Below, one piece after another: positions 17,067 through 24,324 of a stretch of DNA of 41,411 nucleotides (position 1 is its first letter; each line of letters starts with the position of its first letter). The notes beneath the pieces were generated by a model that saw only the letters and a program-made list of their open reading frames with translations, did not search any database and had not been told where the DNA came from. The DNA comes from a virus. A program made the position numbers and the translations under genes. The stretch spans positions 1-41,411 of IMG/VR virus record IMGVR_UViG_3300048907_000031, one strand, 5' to 3'.

Positions 17067-17735
17067 TCAACGCGCCCATGCAGGCTTGTCGGATGCGGCG
17101 GACTGCGCAGGGGCCGGAGCCTGCGACCAAGACGGCGCCGCGGCGGCTTCCTGCGGAACCTGGGCGGGCTGCGGCGCTTGCTGGAAAGCCTGCGAGGCCT
17201 GTTGCTGCATAGGAGCCTGAGCAGGAGCGCCCCAAGCCTGGGCGGGCTGTTGCTGCGGCTGCACCGGGGCCTGTGGCTGTTGCCGGGTGGGCTGGAAGGC
17301 CTGCGCCGAAGCGGCGGAAGCAGGGCGGCCCGGTTCGTTGCCGTTCGGATCAAAGACCTTCTTGACTTCGGTATAGCCCTTCTCGCCCTGTTCGCCACCC
17401 TGCAAGCCGACTTCGATCATGCAACGCTGGCCGCGAAGCGAAGCGCCTTCCGAAGACATATCGACGCGGAAAACGCCAGTTGCATGGCAAAGCGCGGAAA
17501 GCTGTTTGTGGGCAATATCGACCGCTTTCTGCGATTGATTCCACAGATTATAACGGCTGGAAATGCGCCCGCCTTCGGTTTCAAACTCCACAACGAACAT
17601 TCCGCCGTTGTTCTCTTTGGTGGGCTTGATTGAGGTTGCGGAGATAATCGCTGCAAACTTGCCAATCGGATGCGAACCGCCGCCTTGTTCGGGGGCGTAT
17701 TGGGTAGCGTCGAAAACGTAATTGAAGCCAGACAT
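17067..17735 (-). CDS. DUF669-type phage ssDNA-binding protein with a P/Q/A-rich C-terminal tail, 222 aa
   Basis: N-terminal pattern MSGFNYVFDATQYAPEQG...GKFAAIISATSIKPTKENNGGMFVVEFE...YNLWNQSQKAVDIAHKQLSALCHATG is typical of DUF669 proteins that sit next to Sak4 (recalled). The tail is low complexity and ends ...DKPAWAR with no acidic tip. Confidence 0.75.
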   Translation of the reverse strand: MSGFNYVFDATQYAPEQGGGSHPIGKFAAIISATSIKPTKENNGGMFVVEFETEGGRISSRYNLWNQSQKAVDIAHKQLSALCHATGVFRVDMSSEGASLRGQRCMIEVGLQGGEQGEKGYTEVKKVFDPNGNEPGRPASAASAQAFQPTRQQPQAPVQPQQQPAQAWGAPAQAPMQQQASQAFQQAPQPAQVPQEAAAAPSWSQAPAPAQSAASDKPAWAR

Positions 17736-17754
17736 ATTTGTTTCCTTTCCTAAC

Positions 17755-18417
17755 TCAAGCCATAACTTTATTAAACAATGCGGTTAGGTCGCATGGTTCA
17801 AATTCGTTCAATCTTCCGCTTCGGTCACGCGCTACGGCGTCAAAACTTGCTGCGGTTCGGAAAGCTTTATGTTGCCCTGCGCCGGGGATTGAATGCGTCC
17901 CCATTAGCATGATTATGTCAAATAGGTGTGGTACGTCAACATTCAACGCCTTGCCCGGAAAATACGGCCTGACTACGCCGTCAAGCCTTTCGAGTTTGCA
18001 GATAAGATATGTGTGCTTATTCTGCATATAATAGACGGCGTTTAGGTGCTGCATCACCTTCTTTTGCATATCACCATAAGCGGCGCGGCCATCACGGTTT
18101 TTCTGTTGCGCTTCCAGCAAATAGACTTCGGCCATCTGTGAGACGCTATCGACGCAAACCGTATCGAAGCCTTTCGCCTCATTCGACTTCGTAACCCAAT
18201 CAAAAAATTCGTCAATCAGCTTAGGCGTATAAGCCTGAAACGTTGGGACGTTGGAGCCGCGCATGGATAACATGCCCGGTTCAATGCAGCAAAGCACCGG
18301 GCGGGGCGCGGTATTGGTTATGGGCGTTTTCCCACAACCAGGAAGCCCATAAACAAGGGACTTCGCGCCATATTTATTGGCGTAGTTTCCCGCTGGTTGA
18401 AGGCTCGAAAGGTTCAT
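17755..18417 (-). CDS. Sak4-like (AAA_24, RecA-fold) recombination ATPase, 220 aa
   Basis: Walker A YGLPGCGKT. Walker B-like TVCVDSVSQM. The size and the adjacent DUF669 gene match Sak4 modules. Confidence 0.8.
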   Translation of the reverse strand: MNLSSLQPAGNYANKYGAKSLVYGLPGCGKTPITNTAPRPVLCCIEPGMLSMRGSNVPTFQAYTPKLIDEFFDWVTKSNEAKGFDTVCVDSVSQMAEVYLLEAQQKNRDGRAAYGDMQKKVMQHLNAVYYMQNKHTYLICKLERLDGVVRPYFPGKALNVDVPHLFDIIMLMGTHSIPGAGQHKAFRTAASFDAVARDRSGRLNEFEPCDLTALFNKVMA

Positions 18418-18501
18418 TTAAACAGCCCCGAACATACGAAAAATTGCTATTAAGGCGAGGCAAGCGATACCTATACCAAAGCCAATTGCGTAATATTTCA
18501 T
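18418..18501 (-). CDS. Possible 27-aa hydrophobic mini-ORF
   Basis: My own translation is MKYYAIGFGIGIACLALIAIFRMFGAV. Its stop TAA (18420-18418) abuts the Sak4 ATG at 18417. It is below the track length cutoff. Confidence 0.3.
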   Translation of the reverse strand: MKYYAIGFGIGIACLALIAIFRMFGAV

Positions 18502-18506
18502 AGCCT

Positions 18507-18575
18507 TCACTCAAAGTTGCGGGTAAGAAACATACCAATGAAGCACACAAGCGCCAGAAACCAAGTGAAGGTCAT
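18507..18575 (-). CDS. Possible 22-aa hydrophobic mini-ORF
   Basis: My own translation is MTFTWFLALVCFIGMFLTRNFE. Its ATG 18575-18573 overlaps the upstream TAA stop (TAATG). Confidence 0.3.
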   Translation of the reverse strand: MTFTWFLALVCFIGMFLTRNFE

Positions 18576-18763
18576 TATTGGTATTCCTTTTCACCAATTG
18601 CGAGAAACTTTGCAATGACTGCTTCAGCGTCTTCCAACGATTCTTCACGCGAAACACGTTCCCATTTCTTACACAAACCAAACCAAGATGTACGAAGTTG
18701 CTCTACTCGGTAAGGCCATCCAGAGCTACCAGACCAAACGATGCGAAATACAAGCTTTTTCAT
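18575..18763 (-). CDS. Hypothetical protein (62 aa)
   Basis: Track ORF. It is ATGA-coupled to the upstream 51-aa ORF. Confidence 0.6.
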   Translation of the reverse strand: MKKLVFRIVWSGSSGWPYRVEQLRTSWFGLCKKWERVSREESLEDAEAVIAKFLAIGEKEYQ

Positions 18764-18915
18764 TGCGAATCATCCATAGGATCAACAGAGCCGGGAACCA
18801 TCCAAATAGACTGTGCGCCGCTTTCTTTGGCGTAGTCTTCGGCGTCAATCCATTCGGAAGCGAAAGTTGCAAACTGCCACCTTTTACGAAGGTTAGGGAA
18901 GTACATAACCATCAT
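18760..18915 (-). CDS. Hypothetical 51-aa protein (below the track cutoff)
   Basis: My own translation is MMVMYFPNLRKRWQFATFASEWIDAEDYAKESGAQSIWMVPGSVDPMDDSQ. ATGA overlaps occur at both ends (18915/18912 and 18763/18760), and it exactly fills the gap. Confidence 0.5.
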   Translation of the reverse strand: MMVMYFPNLRKRWQFATFASEWIDAEDYAKESGAQSIWMVPGSVDPMDDSQ

Positions 18916-19433
18916 TTCTTCTTTTCCTTCGGTTCTTTAATTTCCAGCGTCGGAGCCGCTTCGGTAATCTCAAGAATTTTATTAAGTTCCTGGAGCATGG
19001 CCTTCTTAGGCGCGCTGTACTCCGCTTCCTCAACAATCTTGCGATATTCCGTGATAGACATATCGACGGAATATTTAAACAGCCGATCCGCGATAAATCC
19101 GCCTTCACTGGAAATGCGGGAGAAGGCTTCGGCGCAAAGGTCAACAGCGTCAACGGCGTCGCCCTTAAAATCCGCAGGGGCCTTCAGCTTATAGTTAAGC
19201 TTTCTGACGCCTTTCAACTCATAGCCGTTGCCCAGCGCAAGCGTATTCGTGCCTTCCTTGGCTTCAGTAAAGCCAAGCGCGAAAGCCTGCTTGCGCCAGT
19301 TCATTTCGGCTTCTTTAGCAATACCAAGATTGGTCTTCGCTTCTTCCCATTTGGTAAGGGCTTGTTCAAGTGTGAGCGGCTTCGCAGCTTCGGCGGCTTG
19401 GGGGTTTGGATGGGTTGGCCAAGGGTTAGACAT
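18912..19433 (-). CDS. Hypothetical replication-module protein, 173 aa from ATG 19433 (the track's 294-aa form from TTG 19796 would add an (Ala-Thr)n N-terminus)
   Basis: ATG 19433 (MSNPWPTHPN...) is preceded by GAAAGGA at 8-nt spacing. The longer form needs a TTG start inside the upstream gene with no visible SD, and reads through the hexamer array. Confidence 0.65.
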   Translation of the reverse strand: MSNPWPTHPNPQAAEAAKPLTLEQALTKWEEAKTNLGIAKEAEMNWRKQAFALGFTEAKEGTNTLALGNGYELKGVRKLNYKLKAPADFKGDAVDAVDLCAEAFSRISSEGGFIADRLFKYSVDMSITEYRKIVEEAEYSAPKKAMLQELNKILEITEAAPTLEIKEPKEKKK

Positions 19434-19503
19434 TCTAGCTATCCTTTCTAGGAGTAATGGTACAGCATTTATTAGATGCTGCACCTTATTCTTAATCTTC
19501 TGA

Positions 19504-19761
19504 GCCGGAGCCGTAGCCGGAGCCGTAGCCGTCGCCGTAGCCGTCGCCGTAGCCGTCGCCGTAGCCGGAGCCGTAGCCGTCGCCGTAGCCGTAGCCGTAG
19601 CCGTCGCCGTCGCCGTAGCCGGAGCCGTCGCCGTAGCCGTCGCCGTAGCCGGAGCCGTCGCCGTCGCCGTAGCCGGAGCCGTCGCCGTCGCCGTCGCCGT
19701 CGCCGTAGCCGTCGCCGGCTCCGTCGCCGTAGCCGGAGCCGGCGACGGAGCCGGAGCCGTC
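19504..19761. repeat. Tandem hexanucleotide array, 43 units of GCCGNN (GCCGTA/GCCGTC/GCCGGA, with two GCCGGC units and two TCC/GAC first-triplet variants)
   Basis: Parsed by hand from 19504 (gcc gga gcc gta gcc gga ...) to 19761. There are 15 GTA, 17 GTC, 9 GGA and 2 GGC units. Five of the six frames have no stop across the array. Confidence 0.95.
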
Positions 19762-19765
19762 GCTA

Positions 19766-20062
19766 TTATCCTTTGTAGACAACGGCGTTCTCCCAAGCTT
19801 TGGCAGCAAGCGCAGAAACTTCAGCAACGGAAGTAACCTTGCGCAAATCAAGCGAAGTCGCGCGTTCTCCGATACGAGAACCATTGACAGGGCCGACGCT
19901 CGCCAGTCCGATAAAGCCGCCCTGAGTTGACGGCCAGTAAATGCAATTACGCGCATCATAAAGCGTGATTTGGTCGCCTTTCGTATCTTCGGCATAACCA
20001 AAGAAGACGCCGCGATATTCGGTAGTGACAAGGACGGGGCGGAGATTGTTCGGCTTTTCCAT
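19766..20062 (-). CDS. Hypothetical protein, first gene of the minus-strand operon (98 aa)
   Basis: ATG 20062 lies downstream of a predicted promoter. The ORF ends with tandem stops TAA TAG immediately before the hexamer array. Confidence 0.7.
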   Translation of the reverse strand: MEKPNNLRPVLVTTEYRGVFFGYAEDTKGDQITLYDARNCIYWPSTQGGFIGLASVGPVNGSRIGERATSLDLRKVTSVAEVSALAAKAWENAVVYKG

Positions 20063-20198
20063 TCGGTTGAATCCTTCGTGATTCGTTTTGACAATCGGAA
20101 ACTAGCGCACTGCGGAAAGGCTGTCAACCCGTATAATGTCCCTTGCGGCCCGTATGATGTTCCTCTATCTTGGCGCAAAATCGGTTGGAGGTCAAATT
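20063..20198. promoter_or_regulatory. Divergent control region between the replication operon (-) and the HTH/primase genes (+)
   Basis: Minus strand: TTGACA (complement of 20122-20127), a 17-nt spacer, then TAGTTT (complement of 20099-20104). Plus strand: a perfect TATAAT at 20132-20137 and TATGAT at 20153-20158, each inside a repeated CCCGTATRATGT unit. A further TTGACA lies at 20088-20093. Confidence 0.5.
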
Positions 20199-20399
20199 AT
20201 GCCGAACGCTAAATGTTGTATGACGCTTTATGAGGAAACACTATTACTTGTAAAAGAGCGCAAAAACACAATAACGTATGCGCAAATTCATGCTGATACA
20301 AATCTTGGGGTAAGCTGGCTTAAGAAGTTTGCTAGCGGCAATGCGCCAAATTCTAGCATCCGTTCTGTGCAAAAGCTAAATGATTACCTTAAAGCCTAA
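20199..20399 (+). CDS. Small HTH (Cro/XRE-like) regulator, 66 aa
   Basis: ATG 20199 follows GGAGG. The segment ITYAQIHADTNLGVSWLKKFASG looks like a helix-turn-helix. The track ORF 20136..20399 is the same frame with an earlier alternative start. Confidence 0.65.
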   Translation: MPNAKCCMTLYEETLLLVKERKNTITYAQIHADTNLGVSWLKKFASGNAPNSSIRSVQKLNDYLKA

Positions 20400-20408
20400 A
20401 GGCCAGAA

Positions 20409-22676
20409 ATGCTTAACCTATTCCATAACATTCCTGACGAATTGAAGCACCTTAACCAATGGCTCTGTTGGGCAGAAGGCAAAATTCCCCACAATCCGCG
20501 CACTGGCCAAATGGCGAGCGTAACCGATCCATCCACATGGGGGACGTTTGAAGAAGCTTGCGCGGCGTCGCAGCACTTTAAAGGAATTGGCTTCGTTTTC
20601 ACGCCGCAGGATGAATATGCAGGCATTGATTTAGACTTTTCGCAGGATACCGCAACAATCAAACGCCAGGAAAAGATATTTAAAGAGTTTGATAGCTACA
20701 GTGAAATAAGCCCTAGCGGGCGCGGTTTGCATATCATCGTCAAAGCGAATGTGTCTTCAGGCCGAAGGCGGTCTAATATCGAACTTTATTCAAGCCATCG
20801 CTTTTTCACAATGACAGGTAATGTTTACCTGAATAAGCCAATTGAAGATAGGCAGGAACTAACTTCAATCCTGTGGAATGAAATGGGCGGCGGGGCTGCG
20901 GCGCAAGTTTACGGGGGCGACTTCGACGAAAAGCTTACGGACGAAGACGTTATCAAATCTGCGCTTGCTGCATTCAATGGTGACAAGTTTAACATTCTTC
21001 TTAATGGGGATTGGAGAAACTTATATAACTCGCAATCCGAAGCTGATTTTGCCTTTGTGGATATTATCGCGTTCTACACACAGAACCGCAACCAAATCGC
21101 GCGCATCTTCAGGAATAGCCCATTAGGCCAGCGCGATAAGGCGCAGCGTTCGGACTATGTGCAATATATGACGAACAAGGCGTTTGATCGCATGTTGCCG
21201 CCTGTTGACATTGATGGGTTGTGTAATGGGTTGGAAGCGGCTAAGGCCAAGTTGTTGGCCGAGAAAGAGCGCAATCTTTCCCCCGATCTAGCCACAGGCG
21301 AAGCAGCCAGCCCCGAAGAAAACCCCTACACCGTCCCGCCTGGGCTGCTCGGCGCTATCGCCAGCTTTATCTATCAATCGTCCGTGCGCCCGGTGCCAGA
21401 GATCGCCCTAGCCGCCGCAATCGCCCTTATGGCCGGCGTGACAGGCCGCGCCTATAACGTGAGCGGAACCGGCCTTAATCAATATGTCTTACTCCTGGCA
21501 AAAACCGGAACCGGGAAAGAAGGCATGGCGACAGGCATCGACAAACTTATGAACGCAATCCGTAACGAAGTTCCGGCTGCAAAACAGTTTGTTGGCCCTG
21601 CGGAAATAGCCTCTGGTCAAGCCCTGCTTAAATATCTCAATAAAGCCGCGCCTAGCTTCGTTTCGATCATTGGCGAATTTGGCTTGAAGATGCAGCAACT
21701 TTCGCACCCTTCGGCTAACTCAACCGATCTAATGCTAAAGCGCGTCCTGCTTGATTTGTATAATAAGTCAGGCCAAGGGAAAATGCTTCAACCGTCGATT
21801 TATAGCCAGAAGGAAAACAATACAGAAATGCTTCTGGCCCCGGCTGTGACGCTGCTAGGCGAATCGACGCCAGAGACGTTCTTTGAATGTGTGGATGAAC
21901 GGGTAATTGCAAGCGGCCTTCTGCCGCGCTTCACGCTCATAGAGTATGACGGCATTCGCCCACCCATGAATGAGCACCATCTTTCGGTCAAGCCTTCACC
22001 CGATCTAGTCAACGCCTTTGCGTCGCTTTGCTCCTATAGTCTCAAGCTGAATGTGGGCAACGAAAACGGGCCTCTTGCTATCCAAGTTCAAATGGATAAC
22101 GCCGCTGAAAATATCATCCGAAACTTTAATGTGTATGCGGATGATAAAATTAACAATTCGAGCAATTACATTGCTCGCCATTTGTGGAATCGCGCGCACG
22201 TAAAACTTATGAAGCTGGCGGCTCTGGTTGCGGTTGGGGTTAATCCAATGAACCCAATTATAACTGCGGAATATGCAGAATGGGCGAAGCGTCTCGTTAT
22301 TCACGATATTAAAAAGCTATCGGAACGCTTTAGAAAAGGCGACTTCGGTAAGGATTCGGAAGAAACGAAACAGGCCGACGACTTTAAGCGCATCATCAAG
22401 GATTACATTATTCGCGATTATGCCCACATTAAATCGTATGGTGTCAGCCCTCAATTGTATGATGCGAAGATCGTTCCGCTATCCTATATCAGCCGTAGGC
22501 TGATTAGCGTCGCATCCTTCAGGCTTGATCGCATTGGGGCGACTAATGCTTTGAAGAAAGTTATCAGCTTCATGATTGAATGCGATGTTATCCGCGAAGT
22601 TGGGAAAAACGACATGGTAACTAAGTTCAATACTGCGCAACGATGCTTCGCTGTGGTCAACTTTGACGAATTATAA
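20409..22676 (+). CDS. Primase-helicase: AEP prim-pol N-terminal domain, PriCT-2, and a C-terminal P-loop (DUF3987-like) domain, 755 aa
   Basis: The N-terminus NQWLCWAEGKIPHNPRTG...STWGTFEEA...GIGFVFTP...GIDLDF has the prim-pol pattern. SEADFAFVDIIAFYTQN has the PriCT-2 pattern. Walker A is LAKTGTGKE. Confidence 0.85.
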   Translation: MLNLFHNIPDELKHLNQWLCWAEGKIPHNPRTGQMASVTDPSTWGTFEEACAASQHFKGIGFVFTPQDEYAGIDLDFSQDTATIKRQEKIFKEFDSYSEISPSGRGLHIIVKANVSSGRRRSNIELYSSHRFFTMTGNVYLNKPIEDRQELTSILWNEMGGGAAAQVYGGDFDEKLTDEDVIKSALAAFNGDKFNILLNGDWRNLYNSQSEADFAFVDIIAFYTQNRNQIARIFRNSPLGQRDKAQRSDYVQYMTNKAFDRMLPPVDIDGLCNGLEAAKAKLLAEKERNLSPDLATGEAASPEENPYTVPPGLLGAIASFIYQSSVRPVPEIALAAAIALMAGVTGRAYNVSGTGLNQYVLLLAKTGTGKEGMATGIDKLMNAIRNEVPAAKQFVGPAEIASGQALLKYLNKAAPSFVSIIGEFGLKMQQLSHPSANSTDLMLKRVLLDLYNKSGQGKMLQPSIYSQKENNTEMLLAPAVTLLGESTPETFFECVDERVIASGLLPRFTLIEYDGIRPPMNEHHLSVKPSPDLVNAFASLCSYSLKLNVGNENGPLAIQVQMDNAAENIIRNFNVYADDKINNSSNYIARHLWNRAHVKLMKLAALVAVGVNPMNPIITAEYAEWAKRLVIHDIKKLSERFRKGDFGKDSEETKQADDFKRIIKDYIIRDYAHIKSYGVSPQLYDAKIVPLSYISRRLISVASFRLDRIGATNALKKVISFMIECDVIREVGKNDMVTKFNTAQRCFAVVNFDEL

Positions 22677-22707
22677 TGCTGTAGCCTTAGAGAAATAAGG
22701 GGATATA

Positions 22708-22863
22708 ATGATGTTACTAAAGTCATTTTATGGGCTGTATGGTGCTTCTAAGGCGTATCATGGCGAATATTGCAGAAATATAGGAGTTAAGTATTTGAAA
22801 CTAAAGGAAATATGGGGTTTGCCTCGCGTGTACACACACACGATGATCCCCGCTGTGGCATAA
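22708..22863 (+). CDS. Possible 51-aa ORF in the AT-rich spacer
   Basis: ATG 22708 follows AAGGGGA. My own translation is MMLLKSFYGLYGASKAYHGEYCRNIGVKYLKLKEIWGLPRVYTHTMIPAVA. Its composition is atypical and there is no other support. Confidence 0.25.
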   Translation: MMLLKSFYGLYGASKAYHGEYCRNIGVKYLKLKEIWGLPRVYTHTMIPAVA

Positions 22864-23024
22864 CCGCAACACTGTGACATAAATACAACATATAGATATA
22901 TATATTATATTATTATATTTAATATATTTCCTTATTCTTCTAGGGCTTCAGCGTTAGAAAATTCCCATACCGGCTTATATGGTCCTAAAAGAAGCTAAAC
23001 GACGAATTTATCGCATGAAGCTAG

Positions 23025-23053
23025 TTGACAAAGTTATTTTGATATGAAATAGT
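23025..23053 (+). promoter_or_regulatory. Candidate sigma70-type promoter for the 23-28 kb gene block
   Basis: TTGACA at 23025-23030, a 17-nt spacer, then AATAGT at 23048-23053. The -10 is weak. TTGAC...GTCAA also forms an inverted repeat flanking this segment. Confidence 0.35.
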
Positions 23054-23078
23054 CAATCATCGAAACGGAGCTAAGCCG

Positions 23079-23282
23079 ATGCATAAAAGAACATTCGATA
23101 CATGCAAGCTTCCTGCGGCTGTCACAGTTTGGGAAGAAGGTTCTAAGTTTTATGGCAAGGTTGGAAGCCTTGTTGAGCGCAAAGGGCGAATTGCTCTGCT
23201 AATTGTGGGAGGTGAACATTATTTTGTTGAATACCGCAAGATTGCTTATGGGGATAATTCTAAAGTTAATGGATTCGATTGA
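23079..23282 (+). CDS. Hypothetical protein (67 aa)
   Basis: ATG 23079 follows ACGGAG. It is the first ORF after the spacer. Confidence 0.65.
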   Translation: MHKRTFDTCKLPAAVTVWEEGSKFYGKVGSLVERKGRIALLIVGGEHYFVEYRKIAYGDNSKVNGFD

Positions 23283-23329
23283 CGAATTTGCCGGTTGATA
23301 TAACCGAAGCATGGAGCCTAGAAAGAAGA

Positions 23330-24013
23330 ATGAAACCGATAATCAGCCTTTACGACGAATCCGGCAATATGCTGCGGCCCTGGGCCGCAGCTGGTTTTAC
23401 ATGCTATGCTTATGACATTCGCAACAGCAACCGAACCGAATATGCGGGCAAAGGCGCAATCATTTATCGTCATGCTGATTTGCGCAGCGAAGTTATCCAC
23501 GAAGAAATAATTACACTTAATCCGAGAGTGTTATTTGGCTTCCCGCCTTGCGATGACTTAGCTGTATGCGGGGCGAAGCACTTTCAGGCGAAGTTTGAAG
23601 CGAACGCAAATTATCTTAAAGAGGCAATGGAATTAGTTTATGTTATCCCGAAGCTTGCTAACAAGATTGGTTGCGCCTATGCGTTTGAAAATCCGGTAAG
23701 CCGTATTGCAACATTGTTCAGGAAGCCTAACTTTATTTTTAATCCTTATGAGTTTGGGGGATATTTGCCTGAGGATGACAAGCACCCACGTTGGCCGGAA
23801 TATATCAAACCAAGGGACGCCTACCCGAAGAAAACGTGTATTTGGTCCGGTAACGGGTTCAATATTCCGATTAAGAAGCCTGTCGCGGTTGCGCCTGGCT
23901 ATTCCGACCAATTCAAGCTACTAGGCGGAAAGTCGGCCAAAACGAAGCAGATACGAAGCGAAACGCCGAGGGGCTTTGCGAAGGCTGCATTTATTTTTAA
24001 TTCGTGGTGTTGA
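23330..24013 (+). CDS. SAM-dependent DNA methyltransferase-like protein (C5-MTase-like fold), 227 aa
   Basis: SLYDESGNMLRPWAAAGF occupies the motif I position. GFPPCDDLAVCGAKHF corresponds to the PPC motif IV. FENPVS resembles the ENV motif. The alternative start TTG 23279 (track) would overlap the previous stop. The family assignment is recalled, not searched. Confidence 0.55.
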   Translation: MKPIISLYDESGNMLRPWAAAGFTCYAYDIRNSNRTEYAGKGAIIYRHADLRSEVIHEEIITLNPRVLFGFPPCDDLAVCGAKHFQAKFEANANYLKEAMELVYVIPKLANKIGCAYAFENPVSRIATLFRKPNFIFNPYEFGGYLPEDDKHPRWPEYIKPRDAYPKKTCIWSGNGFNIPIKKPVAVAPGYSDQFKLLGGKSAKTKQIRSETPRGFAKAAFIFNSWC

Positions 24014-24044
24014 CACATCCGAAGCATTGGTTTAAGTTTGGATC

Positions 24045-24314
24045 ATGAGCAGAGGGAACGCGGATATGTCGCTAGAATGGAAAGCTAAAGAAACAAGGTT
24101 TGCGTCTATTAATTGCCTTGTTAGTGGCAAAGTGACGCTTGCAACTGTTTCATATAATTCGCTCAGAAGCCGCGAAAACACGGCGGAAACTTATCGTTGG
24201 GATAGCCTCATTAGCCGTGCTAACGGCTTTGCCAAAACTGAGGAGAAAGCAAAGGCAGCCTGTAAGCTTTACGTTGAAAGCTGGCTCTTGGCGGCTAATC
24301 TTCGCATCGGCTAA
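24045..24314 (+). CDS. Hypothetical protein (89 aa; possibly 82 aa from ATG 24066)
   Basis: Track ORF. ATG 24066 has the better SD (GAGGG). Confidence 0.6.
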   Translation: MSRGNADMSLEWKAKETRFASINCLVSGKVTLATVSYNSLRSRENTAETYRWDSLISRANGFAKTEEKAKAACKLYVESWLLAANLRIG

Positions 24315-24315
24315 T

Positions 24316-24324
24316 GTGTGGGCA
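24316..24324 (+). repeat. GTGTGGGCA motif copy 5 (intergenic)
   Basis: Read in cTAATGTGTGGGCAAACt. It starts 2 nt after the stop at 24314 and lies 22 nt before ATG 24346. Confidence 0.95.

Larger units (their letters stand above)
22677..23078. other. 402-bp mostly non-coding, AT-rich spacer with a 34-nt pure A/T run (22896-22929); candidate origin and/or early-middle promoter region
   Basis: This is the largest gene-poor gap in the genome. It contains (ca)5 at ~22846-22855 and atatatatattatattattatatttaatatattt at 22896-22929. It lies directly downstream of the primase-helicase gene. Confidence 0.5.

Noticed and set aside
16985-17633. Arg/Pro-rich ORFs (16985..17398 on -, 17178..17633 on +, and others) over the SSB tail region.
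   Set aside because: They are alternative frames of the P/Q/A-rich low-complexity tail of the DUF669 protein. The translations are nonsensical and there is no independent support.
19504-19761. The hexamer array considered as a CRISPR array.
   Set aside because: The units are 6 nt long with no unique spacers, and there are no cas genes. It is a microsatellite-type tandem repeat.
19476-19778. A 100-aa Arg/Ser-rich (protamine-like) ORF on the + strand across the hexamer array, with a true ATG.
   Set aside because: It is antisense within a minus-strand operon. The nearest AGGAG is 19 nt from the ATG, and no promoter was seen. It is mentioned only as an alternative readout in the repeat finding, not called as a gene.
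19492-20178. A 228-aa minus-strand ORF that overlaps the whole 98-aa gene in another frame and ends in the (Gly-Tyr/Asp/Ser)n reading of the hexamer array.
   Set aside because: About 90 aa of it are stop-free only because of the repeat. The remaining ~138 aa of open alternative frame are within the range seen elsewhere in this genome by chance (for example 27583..28011 and 36090..36524). It would start in the promoter region with no SD. I found no slippery site that would link it to the 98-aa gene by frameshifting. The repeat itself is kept as a finding.
22677-23078. A tRNA or other structured RNA gene in the AT-rich spacer.
   Set aside because: I could not find a cloverleaf-compatible set of stems or conserved T-loop/D-loop sequences by eye. 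A tRNAscan or Infernal run would be needed to exclude one formally.
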